64,000 nucleotides of DNA from an uncultured Verrucomicrobiota bacterium. GTDB lineage: Bacteria; Verrucomicrobiota; Verrucomicrobiia; Limisphaerales; CAIMTB01. Of the stretch, positions 1 to 11,380 are shown piece after piece. Each line of letters begins with the position of its first letter. Position 1 is the stretch's first letter. Made by a program: the position numbers and the translations under genes. The notes under the pieces were generated by a model. The model searched no databases. It was not told the origin of the DNA and saw nothing but the letters and a program-made list of their open reading frames with translations. The stretch covers positions 10,290 through 74,289 of the forward strand of contig CAYZAE010000007.1 of assembly GCA_964476125.1 (NCBI GenBank), read 5' to 3'.

Positions 1-186
1 CTCTACACCTCGGCATCGAGCGATCCCCGGGGCCCGTGGAGCGCTCAATCCATTGATGACAATCAGATGGCTTGTGAAGACCTGCAGGCCGCAGATCTGG
101 ATGCCGACGGAGACCTGGATCTGGTCGCCGCGGGGCGTGCCACGAAAAACGTGAAGATCTACTGGAACGAGAGACCGCGGAGGTAA
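1..186 (+). CDS. C-terminal fragment of an FG-GAP/VCBS-repeat-like protein (5' truncated by window edge)
   Basis: Frame 1 reads through from base 1 to TAA at 184-186. It contains DLDADGDLDLVAAG, the Ca-binding-type FG-GAP repeat signature. Confidence 0.45.
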   Translation, partial: LYTSASSDPRGPWSAQSIDDNQMACEDLQAADLDADGDLDLVAAGRATKNVKIYWNERPRR

Positions 187-253
187 GGCGCTTCCGGAGA
201 TGGCGAATCCTCCTGCCGGGCTCGACGGCCGGCGCCGCCTCCAGGGTTTCGCG

Positions 254-1561
254 TCAGACCGTCGGCCGCCTCGCCCCTCGTGGAACACGCGACCAGGTCA
301 GGAAGGCCGCGAGCAGGGCGAGGCCGGAACAGATGAAATAAGGAACCGAGGCGTGCCAGGCGTAGGTCGAACTCGCGAACAGCGGTCCCGCAATACGCGC
401 CAGCGAACCCGCGCTCTGGGCGACGCCCAGGGTGTGACCCTGTTCATCGGCCGGGGTCAGGACCGAGATCAGCCCGAAGAGCGGCGGACGCGTCAGGCCG
501 GAGCCGATGGAAAGCACGGAAAGGGTTGCGAGAAGGAGCACCCACGAACCGCCACCGACGTGGAACAGCGTCCCAATGAAGCGAAGGCGCGCGCCCTCCG
601 GGGCGTTCCACAGTTGCGAAAGCGACGCCTCCGGAGTCCCGCTGAAAAAGGGCAGGGGAGCCAGGCTGATGGCGACCATCACCAGGCTCAGAGTGATGAG
701 GCGGGCTTCCCCAAGGCTCCGCACCAGCCGCCCAATCGGGCCGCCCTGGATGAAGGCACCCGTCAGACCGCAAAACGCGAAAAGGAAGGCGATCGCAATC
801 TCCCCGTCCGCGCTTCCCCGGGCGAATTGGAAATTCTCGGCAACCAGGAGTCCCAGCGTGGTCTCAAAACAGCTGAATGCGAAAGTGGCAAGGAAGAAGA
901 CCAGCACCAGCGTGCCGACCCCGGGCCGACTGAGGACCTCGCGCCAGTGATCAAAACGTCCGCCCTCACGCACCGTGGCGGCCTTGCCGGGACTCCGGCT
1001 TTCACCCAGATAACGCCAGGCCAGAACAAGGTTGACGAGGCACACCGCCGAGGCCAGCCAGCCGGGGCCGGATAGCCCGCGCCAGAGCAGCGCTCCCACC
1101 GCCAGCGAAGGCCCGCAGATGAATCCCAGCCCAAACGCCATGCCGATCAGCCCCATCTTTTTCGAACGTTCGTGCGGCGGAGTGAGATCCGCGATGTAGG
1201 CCTGCGCCACCGTGATGTTGGCACCACAGATGCCCGACAGGATCCGTGACGCCAGAATGACGGCCAAGGCGGCGTTCGGATTCTTCATCCCCGAACCCAG
1301 CGCAAACAGCGCATAGGAAAAGACAAAGCCCGCCGTGCTCACGAGCAGCACCGGACGACGTCCAATGCGGTCCGAGAGCCGCCCCCACGCCGGAGCAAAC
1401 AGGAACTGCATCACCGAATACGAAGCCACGATCGCCCCCAGCATCCAACCCGGTGCGCCGAAATCCTTGACGTACTTCGGGAGCAGGGGAAGGACGATGC
1501 CAAAGCCGACCAGGTCGACGAAGACGGTGAGGAAAATGACCAGCAACGACGGCTTTCTCAT
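254..1561 (-). CDS. MFS transporter (DHA1/TetA-like drug:H+ antiporter family)
   Basis: 435 aa ORF. N-terminus FLTVFVDLVGFGIVLPLLP and GRLSDRIGRRPVL (MFS motif A-like), with about 12 hydrophobic segments. Confidence 0.85.
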   Translation of the reverse strand: MRKPSLLVIFLTVFVDLVGFGIVLPLLPKYVKDFGAPGWMLGAIVASYSVMQFLFAPAWGRLSDRIGRRPVLLVSTAGFVFSYALFALGSGMKNPNAALAVILASRILSGICGANITVAQAYIADLTPPHERSKKMGLIGMAFGLGFICGPSLAVGALLWRGLSGPGWLASAVCLVNLVLAWRYLGESRSPGKAATVREGGRFDHWREVLSRPGVGTLVLVFFLATFAFSCFETTLGLLVAENFQFARGSADGEIAIAFLFAFCGLTGAFIQGGPIGRLVRSLGEARLITLSLVMVAISLAPLPFFSGTPEASLSQLWNAPEGARLRFIGTLFHVGGGSWVLLLATLSVLSIGSGLTRPPLFGLISVLTPADEQGHTLGVAQSAGSLARIAGPLFASSTYAWHASVPYFICSGLALLAAFLTWSRVPRGARRPTV

Positions 1562-1614
1562 GGGTTCCAGGCGAAACCCGGCCCGGGCCCGCCCCGCCAG
1601 CCTAGAGGCCGGGA

Positions 1615-2556
1615 TCAGTCACCCGCAAGATCCCCGCACTCCCGGGCCGCCAGTCGTCGCATGTCGTCGCTGAACAAACGGTGTTCCAAACCAAACCGCG
1701 CATCCGCAGCGCTCCCATCCCCAATGTTGTCCTCCTCCAGCATGAGGAGCTGGTCGCGATTCAACGGAGGCGGCCGGCGCAACAGCGCCGGATAAAATCC
1801 CTCGAAAACGGCGGCCTGAAGTCGCGCCACAGGCATGGGAATGTGGAGCAACCACCGGCGACGCCCATGGGCCCGCAGGATGGCTCGCAGAACATCCACG
1901 AAGGTCAGGCGCTCGGCACCGCAAAGATCATACGTCCGCCCCACCGCATCCGGGGTTGTCACCGCGCTCGCAAAGGCCCTGGCCACCTGGCTTACGGCGA
2001 TCGGTTGCAGGAGGGAGGTTCCCTTCCCCATCACCGGAAGCACGGGAGACCAGCGTGACAAACGCGCAAAAAGGCGCGTGAACCCATCGCGCGCCCCATG
2101 GATGAGGGAGGGGCGGAAAATCGTCCAATCCAGCCCCGATCTGCGGACGAGTTCCTCCCCGGCCCACTTGGTTCGGTGATATCGCGAGGCAGCCCCGTCC
2201 CGGGTCCCCAGAGCGCTCATGTGGATCCAACGCTGGAGACCGGCGGCGCGGGCCGCAGCGAGCGCTGAGGCGGTTAAATCCACGTGAACATGCTCAAAGG
2301 TTCGGTCGGGTCCGCACTCGGCAATAATGCCGACCAGATGGATGGCAATGGTCGTTCCACGAAAGGCTTCGGCGAGCTGGCCGGGATCGCGAAAATCAAT
2401 ACCCAGAAAATTCTCGAGGCGGGGATGCGTGGTGCGCCTCGGCGTGGGGCTGGGGCGGGAGCGGCTGATGAGTCGCACGCGATGACCCTGGTTCAAGAGT
2501 TCGTGGGTCACCTCACGGCCGACAAATCCCGTGCCGCCGGTGATGGAAATGTTCAA
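1615..2556 (-). CDS. NAD(P)-dependent epimerase/dehydratase-family protein (NDUFA9/NmrA-like)
   Basis: 313 aa. N-terminal Rossmann motif [12 protein letters not shown] and short-chain dehydrogenase-like layout. Confidence 0.75.
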   Translation of the reverse strand: MNISITGGTGFVGREVTHELLNQGHRVRLISRSRPSPTPRRTTHPRLENFLGIDFRDPGQLAEAFRGTTIAIHLVGIIAECGPDRTFEHVHVDLTASALAAARAAGLQRWIHMSALGTRDGAASRYHRTKWAGEELVRRSGLDWTIFRPSLIHGARDGFTRLFARLSRWSPVLPVMGKGTSLLQPIAVSQVARAFASAVTTPDAVGRTYDLCGAERLTFVDVLRAILRAHGRRRWLLHIPMPVARLQAAVFEGFYPALLRRPPPLNRDQLLMLEEDNIGDGSAADARFGLEHRLFSDDMRRLAARECGDLAGD

Positions 2557-2715
2557 GGCGAAGGGAGTCTAGATCGGGGTGCTTCGGAAGGCAGCTTCGA
2601 GAGTAGTGAAGAATTTAAGAAAAACATATTGCGGTGGAGGTACTGTTTGGGCAGTTTGTTCGTCCCTTTCGCCCAGTGGGTCCGAACGGGGTCCCAGAAC
2701 AACGCGCGAATCGCG

Positions 2716-3108
2716 ATGCCGACCATCAACCAACTTGTCCGTAAAGGACGCCGGAAGCTCAACTACAAGTCGAAGGCGCCTGCCCTCGAAGGAGCGCCAT
2801 TTCGGCGAGGGGTGTGCCTGCAGGTGATGACCCGCACGCCCAAGAAGCCCAACTCTGCGATGCGGAAGGTGGCGAAGGTTCGCCTTACCAACGGCTTCGA
2901 AGTCATTGCCTACATCCCCGACGAAGGTCACAACCTTCAGGAGCACTCGATCGTCCTGGTGCGCGGAGGCCGTGTGAAGGACTTGCCTGGCGTTCGATCT
3001 CATATCGTTCGCGGTACCCTGGACTGCCAGGGTGTCGAGAAGCGCCGGGTTAGCCGATCCAAGTACGGCGTCAAGCGCCCGAAGGCTGCCAAGCCTGCCA
3101 CCAAGTAA
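2716..3108 (+). CDS. rpsL: 30S ribosomal protein S12
   Basis: [12 protein letters not shown]...[22 protein letters not shown]...[11 protein letters not shown]. The ATG at 2716 lies inside the longer ORF-track frame 2284..3108. Confidence 0.97.
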   Translation: MPTINQLVRKGRRKLNYKSKAPALEGAPFRRGVCLQVMTRTPKKPNSAMRKVAKVRLTNGFEVIAYIPDEGHNLQEHSIVLVRGGRVKDLPGVRSHIVRGTLDCQGVEKRRVSRSKYGVKRPKAAKPATK

Positions 3109-3201
3109 CCGAGGTCAAGCCAAAGTCCCTACTAAAGCCGTACCCGGAAACACCGCGCCCGCCCAACCTCCCCCTTTCCTCCCTCCCTACCGTTCTTTCC
3201 T

Positions 3202-3675
3202 ATGTCGCGTCGTCGTCGAGCCGAGAAGCGTCCACTCATTTCGGACCCGAAGTACAACAGCCCGCTGGTTACGCGGCTGGTGAACACGGTGATGATCAGT
3301 GGTAAGAAGAGTCTTGCCCAGCGTGTCGTCTACGGGGCGTTTGATCGCATCATTGAAAAGAATCCGACATCCAACCCGCTGGAAATTCTCCAACGTGCGG
3401 TGGACAACGCGAAGCCTCGCCTGGAAGTGAAGGCTCGTCGTGTCGGTGGTGCAACCTACCAGGTTCCTCTGGAAGTGGCTCCTGAGCGTCAGGCTGGGCT
3501 CGCGGTCCGCTGGATTGTTGACCTCGCGGACGCCCGCAAAGGCGTTCCCATGAAAGACGCCCTCGCCAGCGAAATCATGGATGCCTATCAGGGCCAGGGG
3601 AACGCCATCCGCAAGCGGGACGAAGTCCACAAGATGGCCCAGGCCAACAAGGCCTTCGCTCACTTCCGCTGGTAG
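3202..3675 (+). CDS. rpsG: 30S ribosomal protein S7
   Basis: 157 aa. [17 protein letters not shown]...[11 protein letters not shown]...AFAHFRW. Confidence 0.97.
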   Translation: MSRRRRAEKRPLISDPKYNSPLVTRLVNTVMISGKKSLAQRVVYGAFDRIIEKNPTSNPLEILQRAVDNAKPRLEVKARRVGGATYQVPLEVAPERQAGLAVRWIVDLADARKGVPMKDALASEIMDAYQGQGNAIRKRDEVHKMAQANKAFAHFRW

Positions 3676-3752
3676 TCAGGGTTGCGAATTACTCGTTACC
3701 CCCAAGGCAACCTCGTCCCCGTAAACCACCTCTTTTTAGCTCCGCGCGACCG

Positions 3753-5933
3753 ATGACCGCTGAAGCCAAGGATTCTAAAGCGTTAAACGCTCCCGACCGG
3801 CTCTACCCGCTGGAAAGGACGCGCAATATCGGCATCGCTGCGCACATCGATGCCGGCAAGACGACGACCACGGAGCGTATTCTGTTCTACACCGGCCTCA
3901 TCCACAAGATGGGCGACGTCGATGATGGCAATACTGTCACCGACTGGATGGAGCAGGAACGCGAGCGTGGTATCACCATCACCTCGGCAGCGACCACCTG
4001 TTTTTGGACGCAAAAGGATGATGGCATCGCCAAGCTTCATCCGAACGTCGCTCACCGCATCAACATCATCGATACCCCCGGCCACGTGGACTTCACGGCC
4101 GAAGTCGAACGATCGATGCGCGTTCTCGATGGTGCAGTCGCTGTCTTCTGTGGCGTTGCAGGCGTCCAACCTCAATCGGAGACGGTCTGGCGGCAGGCCA
4201 CGAAGTATCAGGTTCCCCGTATCGCGTTCGTCAACAAGATGGACCGGATCGGAGCCAACTTCGAAAACGCCGTCGCCGAGATGCGCAAGAAGCTCAATGC
4301 CTATGCGTATCCGGTGGTGCTGCCGATCGGTAAGGAAGACGCACTTAAGGGCGTCATCGATCTGATCAGCAACAAGGCCATCGTTTATGACGATCGAGAC
4401 GAGGCCGGGCTGAAGTATTCGGTGACCGAGGTTCCCGAGGAACTCAAGGAACGCACAGCGCAAGCCTACGCCGAACTGGTCAATGCCGTGGCCGATCGCG
4501 ACGATGTCGTCGCCGAGTACGTGCTGAACGAAAAGCCGGTGCCGGGCGATGTCCTGAAGCTGGCGATCCGGCGGCTGACCTGCGCCATTCGATTTGTCCC
4601 CGTTCTCTGCGGATCCGCCTTCAAGAAGAAGGGTGTCCAACCTCTGGTCGATGCCGTGATCGATTATCTCCCGTCCCCGCTCGATACCGAGCCGATGACG
4701 GCCGAGGTTCCGGGTGGCAATGGCGAACGTGTTCCGGTTGGTCCCGACGACTCCGCCAAGTTCTGTTCGCTCGCCTTCAAGCTCTGGACAGACCCCTTTG
4801 TCGGTAAACTGGTTTTCTTCCGCGTCTATCGCGGACGGTTGAGCAAGGGCGACACGATCTACAATCCGCGCACCCGCAAGCGTGAGCGTGTCTCCCGCGT
4901 GATGATGATCCAGGCTGACAAGCGCCTGGATGTCGAGGCGGTCCACAGCGGTGACATTGCCGCGTTGGTGGGGCTGAAGAACATTACCACCGGCGACACA
5001 CTCTGCGACGAGGAAGCCGAGCTGCTTCTTGAGCCGCCGACGTTCCCTGAGCCTGTTATTTCGATGGCGGTGGAGCCGAAGAGCAAAGCTGATCGCGACA
5101 AAATGTCTGCGGGTTTGCAGCGGCTTGCGGAAGAGGATCCTACTTTCCGCTGCTTCACCAATGAAGAAACCGGCCAGCTGATCATCGCTGGAATGGGTGA
5201 ACTTCACCTGGAAATCATTCGGGATCGGCTCCTCCGCGAGTTCAAGGTGGAAGCCAGCGCGGGAGCGCCTCAGATCGCCTATCGTGAAACGATCACGAAC
5301 AAGGCCGAGGGCGAAGGAAAGTTTATCCGCCAGTCCGGTGGACGTGGTCAGTACGGCCACGCCTGCGTCGAGATCGAACCCAACGAGCGCGGCAAGGGAG
5401 TCGAGATCGAAAACAAGATTGTCGGAGGTGTCATTCCCAAGGAATACATCCCCGCGGTCATCGATGGTGTCGAGGAAGCGATCAAGGGCGGCGTTGTCGC
5501 CGGATATACCATGGTCGACGTCAAGGTGGCAGTCACCTACGGCAGCTTCCATGAAGTCGACTCCTCGGAGCTGGCCTTTAAGATGGCGGGCATCTTCGCG
5601 ATGAAAGACGCCGTTCGCAAAGCGAATGGAATCATCCTCGAGCCCATCATGAAGGTCGAAGTCACCACTCCTGATGAATATCAGGGTGACATCCTGGGCG
5701 ACCTAAACCGCAGGCGCGGCAAAATCATCGCCATCGACAACAAGAGCGACGCAACCATTTTGCGCGCCGACGTCCCTCTCGCAGAAATGTTCGGATACGC
5801 GACGGCCGTGCGTTCCCTCTCCAAGGGACGTGCAGCGTATTCGATGGAACCCTCTCACTTTGAACCCGTCCCGGCCAGCATCGCCGCAACGATCCTGGAA
5901 TCGGCGAAAAGCAAGCCGGCGGCCCGGAGCTGA
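3753..5933 (+). CDS. fusA: Translation elongation factor G
   Basis: 726 aa. [39 protein letters not shown] and the EF-G domain IV/V sequence. Confidence 0.97.
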   Translation: MTAEAKDSKALNAPDRLYPLERTRNIGIAAHIDAGKTTTTERILFYTGLIHKMGDVDDGNTVTDWMEQERERGITITSAATTCFWTQKDDGIAKLHPNVAHRINIIDTPGHVDFTAEVERSMRVLDGAVAVFCGVAGVQPQSETVWRQATKYQVPRIAFVNKMDRIGANFENAVAEMRKKLNAYAYPVVLPIGKEDALKGVIDLISNKAIVYDDRDEAGLKYSVTEVPEELKERTAQAYAELVNAVADRDDVVAEYVLNEKPVPGDVLKLAIRRLTCAIRFVPVLCGSAFKKKGVQPLVDAVIDYLPSPLDTEPMTAEVPGGNGERVPVGPDDSAKFCSLAFKLWTDPFVGKLVFFRVYRGRLSKGDTIYNPRTRKRERVSRVMMIQADKRLDVEAVHSGDIAALVGLKNITTGDTLCDEEAELLLEPPTFPEPVISMAVEPKSKADRDKMSAGLQRLAEEDPTFRCFTNEETGQLIIAGMGELHLEIIRDRLLREFKVEASAGAPQIAYRETITNKAEGEGKFIRQSGGRGQYGHACVEIEPNERGKGVEIENKIVGGVIPKEYIPAVIDGVEEAIKGGVVAGYTMVDVKVAVTYGSFHEVDSSELAFKMAGIFAMKDAVRKANGIILEPIMKVEVTTPDEYQGDILGDLNRRRGKIIAIDNKSDATILRADVPLAEMFGYATAVRSLSKGRAAYSMEPSHFEPVPASIAATILESAKSKPAARS

Positions 5934-5947
5934 CCCGGAGGAACATC

Positions 5948-6256
5948 ATGTCTGGACAACGCATTCGCATCCGTCTCAAAGCGTTCGATCATCGGATCAT
6001 CGACCAGTCCGTCGCGGACATCGTCGAGACCGTGAAGCGGTCGGGCGCCCGGGTGGCCGGGCCCATCCCGCTGCCTACGAAAATCGAAAGATACACCGTC
6101 GGCCGTTCGCCCCACGTCGACAAAAAATCCCAGGAAACCTTCGAGATGCGCACTCACAAGCGCCTGCTCGATATCATCGGGCCGACGGCAAAAACCGTGG
6201 ATGAGCTGAAGAAGCTCAATCTGCCCGCCGGCGTCGACATCACCATCAAGATCTAG
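5948..6256 (+). CDS. rpsJ: 30S ribosomal protein S10
   Basis: 102 aa. [18 protein letters not shown]...THKRLLDI. Confidence 0.97.
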   Translation: MSGQRIRIRLKAFDHRIIDQSVADIVETVKRSGARVAGPIPLPTKIERYTVGRSPHVDKKSQETFEMRTHKRLLDIIGPTAKTVDELKKLNLPAGVDITIKI

Positions 6257-6261
6257 TTCCC

Positions 6262-6906
6262 ATGATCGGCCTTATTGGCAAAAAGCTGGGTCAGACCCGC
6301 GTTTACGACGCGAGCGGGAAAGCAGTTCCCGTAACCGTCGTGCAGGCAGGTCCGAATTACGTCGTCCAGACCAAAACGGTCGAGACGGACGGCTACAAGG
6401 CGGTGCAACTCGGGTTTGGTGCCCAGAAAGAGTCGCGCCTCACCAAGGCCGTCACTGGACATCTCACCAAGGCAAAGGCTCCTGCCCTCCGCCGCCTACG
6501 TGAGTTCCGCGACTTCACACCCGACGTGAAGCCCGGTGACACTGTTGGAGTCACGTTGTTCGCCGAAGGCGACTACATCGACGCCATCGGCATCACCAAG
6601 GGCCGAGGTTTCGAGGGCGTGGTCAAGCGGCATCATTTCCGCGGTGGCGATATGACCCACGGCGCCAAGGGATGGCACCGCCGCTCGGGCGCCATCGGCC
6701 AGCGCCTTTTCCCTGGCACCGTCATGCGCGGCATGAAAATGCCCGGCCACATGGGCCAAGTCCGGCGAACCGTCCAGAATCTTCTGGTGGTCAAGGTGCT
6801 CGCCGAGGATCAAATCCTCCTCATCCGAGGCGCGATTCCCGGTGCCGCCGGCGAGTTCGTCGTGATCCGCGAATCGAAGAAGCGCCCGAAAACGGCCACG
6901 AAGTAA
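6262..6906 (+). CDS. rplC: 50S ribosomal protein L3
   Basis: 214 aa. GLIGKKLGQTRVYD...GITKGRGFEGVVKRHHF and conserved S10-operon position. Confidence 0.96.
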   Translation: MIGLIGKKLGQTRVYDASGKAVPVTVVQAGPNYVVQTKTVETDGYKAVQLGFGAQKESRLTKAVTGHLTKAKAPALRRLREFRDFTPDVKPGDTVGVTLFAEGDYIDAIGITKGRGFEGVVKRHHFRGGDMTHGAKGWHRRSGAIGQRLFPGTVMRGMKMPGHMGQVRRTVQNLLVVKVLAEDQILLIRGAIPGAAGEFVVIRESKKRPKTATK

Positions 6907-6918
6907 AGGAGGACACGA

Positions 6919-7554
6919 GTGAATATCACCATTTCCGACCTGCAGGGTAACAAGGTGTCCGAACGCGCCGTCGCATTCGACATCATCGAAAACGCCCGAG
7001 GCACCCAGGCCGTCAAGGATACGGTCGTCGCCCATCTCGCCGCCCGCCGCCAGGGAACGCGCCAAGCCAAAACGGTTGGCGAAGTCTCCGGCACCAACAA
7101 GAAGCCGTGGCGCCAAAAGGGCACAGGCCGAGCCCGCGCCGGCTCTTTCCAGTCTCCGCTGTGGCCTGGTGGTGGTGTCGTGTTCGGCCCTCGGCCTCAC
7201 GACTTCAGCATCAAGATCAATCACCGTGTCAAGAAGCTTGCCCTGCGCAAGGCTCTGAGTGAGCGGTTGAAGGCCGGCGACATCACCATCGTCAGCGAAC
7301 TGAAGCCCGGTTCTCACAAAACCAAGGATCTGGTCAAGACCTTGTCCGGACTTGGGGTCGGCAAGGGGAGTCTGCTGCTGGTTTCCAGTGCTGACAAAAA
7401 CCTGCTTCTCGCCAGCGGTAACGTGCCGAATCTCAAGGTGAGCAGCGGCGAAGACCTGAATACATATCTCGTGCTTTGGCCCGACAAGATCGTGTTCACC
7501 GAAGAAGCGTTCAGGAAGGTCGAGGCCCGCCTCGGCACGAAGGAGGTCGCATGA
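6919..7554 (+). CDS. rplD: 50S ribosomal protein L4
   Basis: 211 aa, GTG start. KKPWRQKGTGRARAGS. Confidence 0.95.
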   Translation: MNITISDLQGNKVSERAVAFDIIENARGTQAVKDTVVAHLAARRQGTRQAKTVGEVSGTNKKPWRQKGTGRARAGSFQSPLWPGGGVVFGPRPHDFSIKINHRVKKLALRKALSERLKAGDITIVSELKPGSHKTKDLVKTLSGLGVGKGSLLLVSSADKNLLLASGNVPNLKVSSGEDLNTYLVLWPDKIVFTEEAFRKVEARLGTKEVA

Positions 7555-7832
7555 CCATCTACGACGTCGTCAAAACTGTTCGACTCACGGAAAAGGGCAC
7601 TCTGCTCTCCTCCAAGTTCAATCAGTACACCATTGTTGCCGACCGGCGCGCCAGCAAGGTGCAGATCCGCCAGGCCGTGGAACAGATTTTCAACGTGACC
7701 GTGCTCAAGGTCAACACCCAGAACATTCGCGGGAAGTCCCGACGGCAGCACACTGCCGCGGCTGGTCGCGATCAGAACTGGAAGAAGGCCATCGTGACCC
7801 TGAAAGACGGCGATAAAATCCAGCTGACCTGA
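7551..7832 (+). CDS. rplW: 50S ribosomal protein L23
   Basis: ATG at 7551 overlaps the rplD stop (ATGA). MTIYDVVKTVRLTEKG...KKAIVTL. Confidence 0.95.
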   Translation: MTIYDVVKTVRLTEKGTLLSSKFNQYTIVADRRASKVQIRQAVEQIFNVTVLKVNTQNIRGKSRRQHTAAAGRDQNWKKAIVTLKDGDKIQLT

Positions 7833-7836
7833 ACGT

Positions 7837-8691
7837 ATGCCGGTCAAGACCTACAGACCCCTGACGCCTTCACGCCGTTTCTATACGGTGGCGTCCTTTA
7901 GCGAGATTACGAAGAGCCGACCGGAGAAATCCTTGGTCGTCATTCGGAAAAAGACTGGCGGGCGTAACGCGCTTGGTCGCGTGACCGCTCGCGGCATCGG
8001 CGGCGGTCACAAGCAGAAGATCCGGCTGGTCGATTTCAAGCGTCGCAAGTTCGGCATGGACGCGACCGTGATCGGCGTCGAATACGATCCCTGTCGCTCG
8101 GGCCGCATCGCGCTTGTCCAGTACACCGACGGCGAAAAGCGTTACATCCTGTCCCCCAACGGACTGGTGGTCGGCCAGAAAATCCGCAACGGGGCGGATG
8201 CCGCTCCCGAAGTGGGCAATTGCCTGCCGCTGAAAAACGTCCCCGTCGGAATGGCGGTACACGCCATCGAGCTTGTTCCCGGACGTGGGGCCCAGATTGT
8301 TCGCGCAGCGGGTGGATCGGCTACCCTGATGTCCAAGGACGATGGGTTTGCGCAAATCCGGCTGCCTTCGGGTGAGATTCGCCGAGTGAACGAGGACTGC
8401 TTGGCCTGCATCGGGCAGGTTGGCAATCTGGAACACGAAAATCTGCTTCTCGGCAAGGCTGGCCGCTCCCGGTGGTTGGGCAAACGCCCCATCACCCGCG
8501 GTATGGCGCGCAACCCCGTCGACCATCCCAATGGTGGTGGACAGGGCAAGTCGAAGGGCGGCGGTGGATGGCAGCAGGTCAAGTCTCCCTGGGGTGTTCT
8601 CTCCAAGGGCTTCAAGACCCGCAAGAAATTCAAGCCGTCGGATCGTTTTATCGTGGTGCGCCGCGATGGCCGCCCGCCGAAGGTGAAGTAA
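7837..8691 (+). CDS. rplB: 50S ribosomal protein L2
   Basis: 284 aa. GRNALGRVTARGIGGGHKQKIRLVDF...RGMARNPVDHPNGGGQGK. Confidence 0.97.
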   Translation: MPVKTYRPLTPSRRFYTVASFSEITKSRPEKSLVVIRKKTGGRNALGRVTARGIGGGHKQKIRLVDFKRRKFGMDATVIGVEYDPCRSGRIALVQYTDGEKRYILSPNGLVVGQKIRNGADAAPEVGNCLPLKNVPVGMAVHAIELVPGRGAQIVRAAGGSATLMSKDDGFAQIRLPSGEIRRVNEDCLACIGQVGNLEHENLLLGKAGRSRWLGKRPITRGMARNPVDHPNGGGQGKSKGGGGWQQVKSPWGVLSKGFKTRKKFKPSDRFIVVRRDGRPPKVK

Positions 8692-8712
8692 ACTCAATTA
8701 CACTGACCGGTC

Positions 8713-8994
8713 ATGGGACGCTCAATCAGAAAAGGCCCGTTTGTGGATCTGCACCTCATGGATAAGGTGCGCAAACTCAACGCCAGCGGGCAGAAGAAGC
8801 CGATCAAGACGTGGTCTCGACGGTCGATGATCACGCCGGACTTCGTCGGGCACACCATCCAGGTGCATAACGGCAAGATCTTTAACGCGGTGTTCGTTAC
8901 CGAAAACATGGTTGGTCACCGGCTGGGTGAGTTTTCGCTGACACGCACGTTCAAGAAGCACGGCGCGCATACCGCCAAGGCGGAGGCCAAGTAG
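8713..8994 (+). CDS. rpsS: 30S ribosomal protein S19
   Basis: 93 aa. [11 protein letters not shown]...[23 protein letters not shown]. Confidence 0.97.
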   Translation: MGRSIRKGPFVDLHLMDKVRKLNASGQKKPIKTWSRRSMITPDFVGHTIQVHNGKIFNAVFVTENMVGHRLGEFSLTRTFKKHGAHTAKAEAK

Positions 8995-8996
8995 CC

Positions 8997-9329
8997 ATGG
9001 AAGTACGAGCCATCACCCGAAATATCCGGATGTCCGCGCAGAAAATGCGCGAAGTCACCCGGCAGATCCACGGACTCAACGCCCTTCAGGCAGCGGCCGT
9101 CCTGGAAACCGTTCCGCGCAAGTCGGCCTTCTGGGTCCACAAGACGCTGCGATCCGCAATCGCCAACGCGGAGAACAACAACAATCTCCGTCCGGAATCG
9201 CTCCGGATCAAGGCCGCCCTCACGGGAACCGGTCGCACCATCAAGCGCTTCATTCCCAAGGCTCGCGGTTCCGCCGGCCCAATCCTGAAGCGGAGTTGCA
9301 ACGTCACGATCATCTTGAGCGACGAATAG
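8997..9329 (+). CDS. rplV: 50S ribosomal protein L22
   Basis: 110 aa. [17 protein letters not shown] and S10-operon position. Confidence 0.95.
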   Translation: MEVRAITRNIRMSAQKMREVTRQIHGLNALQAAAVLETVPRKSAFWVHKTLRSAIANAENNNNLRPESLRIKAALTGTGRTIKRFIPKARGSAGPILKRSCNVTIILSDE

Positions 9330-9336
9330 TCTGCGT

Positions 9337-10029
9337 ATGGGCCAGAAAACCAATCCAATCGGACTGCGTGTCGCGGTCACCAAAGACTGGCAGTCCAAGT
9401 GGTTCGCCGGTAAAAAGGAATTCGGCAAGCTGCTCGTCGAGGATTCGGACATCCGAAACCTCCTGAAGAAACGCCTCGAGAGCGCCTCCGTTCCCCGGAT
9501 CGCCATCGAGCGAGCTGCCAACCGCTGCCGCATCACCATTTTCACCGCCCGCCCGGGTGTCGTGATCGGCCGAAAGGGCGCCGAAATCGACAAAATCAAG
9601 GAGGATCTCTCCAAGATGACCGGCAAAGAGGTCTACGTGGAGATCCAAGAGGTCAAGCAGCCGGAGATTGATGCCCAGCTGGTGGCAGATAACGTCGCGC
9701 TGCAACTTGAGCGTCGAATCTCCTTCCGCCGCGCCATGAAGAAGGCCATCCAGTTGGCCATGGACATGGGTGCCGAAGGCATCAAGATCCGATGCGCCGG
9801 CCGCCTCGGCGGTGCGGAACTGGCTCGCGTCGAGACCTATCACCAAGGACGCGTTCCGCTGCATACGCTGCGTGCGAACATTGACTACGGCTTTTCGGAG
9901 GCTCGCACGGTTTACGGCAAGCTCGGCGTGAAGTGCTGGGTCTGCCGTGGCGAACGCAAGCCGGAGAAGGCGCAGCGCCCCCCGGCCCCGAACCCCATCC
10001 CGAGCGCCACGTCGGCGCCCCGGGAATGA
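9337..10029 (+). CDS. rpsC: 30S ribosomal protein S3
   Basis: 230 aa. [12 protein letters not shown]...[11 protein letters not shown]...[10 protein letters not shown]. Has a Pro-rich C-terminal tail. Confidence 0.97.
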   Translation: MGQKTNPIGLRVAVTKDWQSKWFAGKKEFGKLLVEDSDIRNLLKKRLESASVPRIAIERAANRCRITIFTARPGVVIGRKGAEIDKIKEDLSKMTGKEVYVEIQEVKQPEIDAQLVADNVALQLERRISFRRAMKKAIQLAMDMGAEGIKIRCAGRLGGAELARVETYHQGRVPLHTLRANIDYGFSEARTVYGKLGVKCWVCRGERKPEKAQRPPAPNPIPSATSAPRE

Positions 10030-10067
10030 GCAGCCAACCCTGACGAGCACGAGGAGATTCCAGGCTT

Positions 10068-10487
10068 ATGGCATTGATGCCCGCAAGGGTTAAGTATCGG
10101 AAGATGCAGCGCGGAAACCGCGCTGGCATCGCGACGCGCTGCAACGCGGTCGCCTTTGGGGAGTACGGACTCCAGGCGATGGAACGCTGCTGGATGGACA
10201 CCAAGCAGATTGAGGCCGCGCGCGTGGCGATCACCCGCCACATGAAGCGCCGCGGGAAGATGTGGATCCGCATTTTCCCCGACAAATCATTCACCAAAAA
10301 GCCCCTCGAAGTTCGAATGGGTACCGGTAAGGGCGGCGTCGAGTCGTGGGTCGCCGTTATTAAGCCGGCAACCATCATGTTCGAAGTCGACGGAGTACCG
10401 GAAGCCCTGGCCCGCGAGGCGATGCGCTTGGCCGCCAACAAATTGCCGATCCGGACGCGTTTCGTCTCCCGGCATCATCTGGCCTGA
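10068..10487 (+). CDS. rplP: 50S ribosomal protein L16
   Basis: 139 aa. [13 protein letters not shown]...[19 protein letters not shown]. Confidence 0.97.
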   Translation: MALMPARVKYRKMQRGNRAGIATRCNAVAFGEYGLQAMERCWMDTKQIEAARVAITRHMKRRGKMWIRIFPDKSFTKKPLEVRMGTGKGGVESWVAVIKPATIMFEVDGVPEALAREAMRLAANKLPIRTRFVSRHHLA

Positions 10488-10499
10488 TCGGAGAAACCC

Positions 10500-10706
10500 A
10501 TGAAGTTCGCGGAACTTAAAGATCTCACCCCCCAGGAGCTGTCGGCCCGTTCGGGCGACCTGCGTCGGGAGCTGTTCAATCTGCGCCTCCAAAAGGCGAG
10601 CGCGCAGTTGGAAAAGACCGCCCGACTGCGCACACTGCGCAAGGAAATCGCCCGGGTCGAAACCGCCCTCAGCCTGCGCCGTAAGAGCCAATCAGCCGCC
10701 GTATGA
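10500..10706 (+). CDS. rpmC: 50S ribosomal protein L29
   Basis: 68 aa. ELRRELFNLRLQKASAQLEK. Confidence 0.93.
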   Translation: MKFAELKDLTPQELSARSGDLRRELFNLRLQKASAQLEKTARLRTLRKEIARVETALSLRRKSQSAAV

Positions 10707-10999
10707 CGACCCCCCCCACCCAGCCTGCCGGCCTACGCAAGGAGCGCGTCGGAGAGGTCATCTCCGACAAGATGTCGAAGACGATCATCGTTCGGGTTGA
10801 ACGCCGCGTGGCGCATCCCCGGTTCAAAAAGATCATCACCCGTTACAGCAAGCACTACGCTCACGACGAGAAGGAACTCGCCGGAATCGGCGACACGGTT
10901 CGCATCTCCGAGACGCGTCCGCTCTCGCGCATGAAGCGCTGGGCCCTCGTCGAGGTGATCCAGAAGGCGCCTGAGAAGGCGTCACCCACCGCCAGCTAA
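10703..10999 (+). CDS. rpsQ: 30S ribosomal protein S17
   Basis: 98 aa. GEVISDKMSKTIIVRVERRVAHPRFKKI. 4-nt overlap with rpmC. Confidence 0.95.
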   Translation: MTTPPTQPAGLRKERVGEVISDKMSKTIIVRVERRVAHPRFKKIITRYSKHYAHDEKELAGIGDTVRISETRPLSRMKRWALVEVIQKAPEKASPTAS

Positions 11000-11011
11000 A
11001 ACAAGGTCACC

Positions 11012-11377
11012 ATGTTCCAGGTCAGGTCCATATTTGATGTAGCCGACAATACCGGCGCCCGTCGTGCCGCGTGCATCGGCGTGCTTGGCCGCAACCAGCG
11101 GTATGCCAGTGTCGGCGATGTGATCAAGGTGCACATCAAGGAAGCAAATCCTGATGGCACCGTGAAGAAGAGCGAAGTGTGCAATGCTGTGGTGGTCCGG
11201 TCCCGCAAGGCGATCCGGCGCTCGGACGGCTCGTACCTGCGTTTTGATTCGAACGCGATCGTGATCATCGACAAGGAAAACAATCCTCGCGGCACCCGAA
11301 TCTTTGGGCCCGTTGCCCGCGAACTGCGTGACCGCAAGTTCATGAAGATCATTTCCCTCGCACCGGAGGTTGTCTGA
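11012..11377 (+). CDS. rplN: 50S ribosomal protein L14
   Basis: 121 aa. [17 protein letters not shown]...[11 protein letters not shown]. Confidence 0.97.
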   Translation: MFQVRSIFDVADNTGARRAACIGVLGRNQRYASVGDVIKVHIKEANPDGTVKKSEVCNAVVVRSRKAIRRSDGSYLRFDSNAIVIIDKENNPRGTRIFGPVARELRDRKFMKIISLAPEVV

Positions 11378-11380
11378 GCC

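Noticed and set aside
2284-2715. N-terminal extensions offered by the ORF track for rpsL (2284), rpsE (13859), rpoA (19331), fliD (47925/47814), flgB (47834), flgC (47791), fliH (51928), flgD (56336), fliO (59753) and fliQ (60612).
   Set aside because: Family N-termini align with internal start codons. The extensions overlap upstream genes or promoter elements and have Arg/Gly-rich non-protein-like composition.
3783-5552. 589-aa ORF antisense to fusA. Similar very long antisense or out-of-frame ORFs occur at 19415..21028, 24607..25983, 25895..27859, 28857..30158, 38590..40677, 41754..44060, 44606..46198, 48513..50708 and 52110..54344.
   Set aside because: Each lies opposite or out of frame to a gene with unmistakable family motifs. 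Their translations are Arg/Gly/Pro/Asp-rich low-complexity strings with no motifs. Stop-free antisense frames are expected in high-GC3 DNA.
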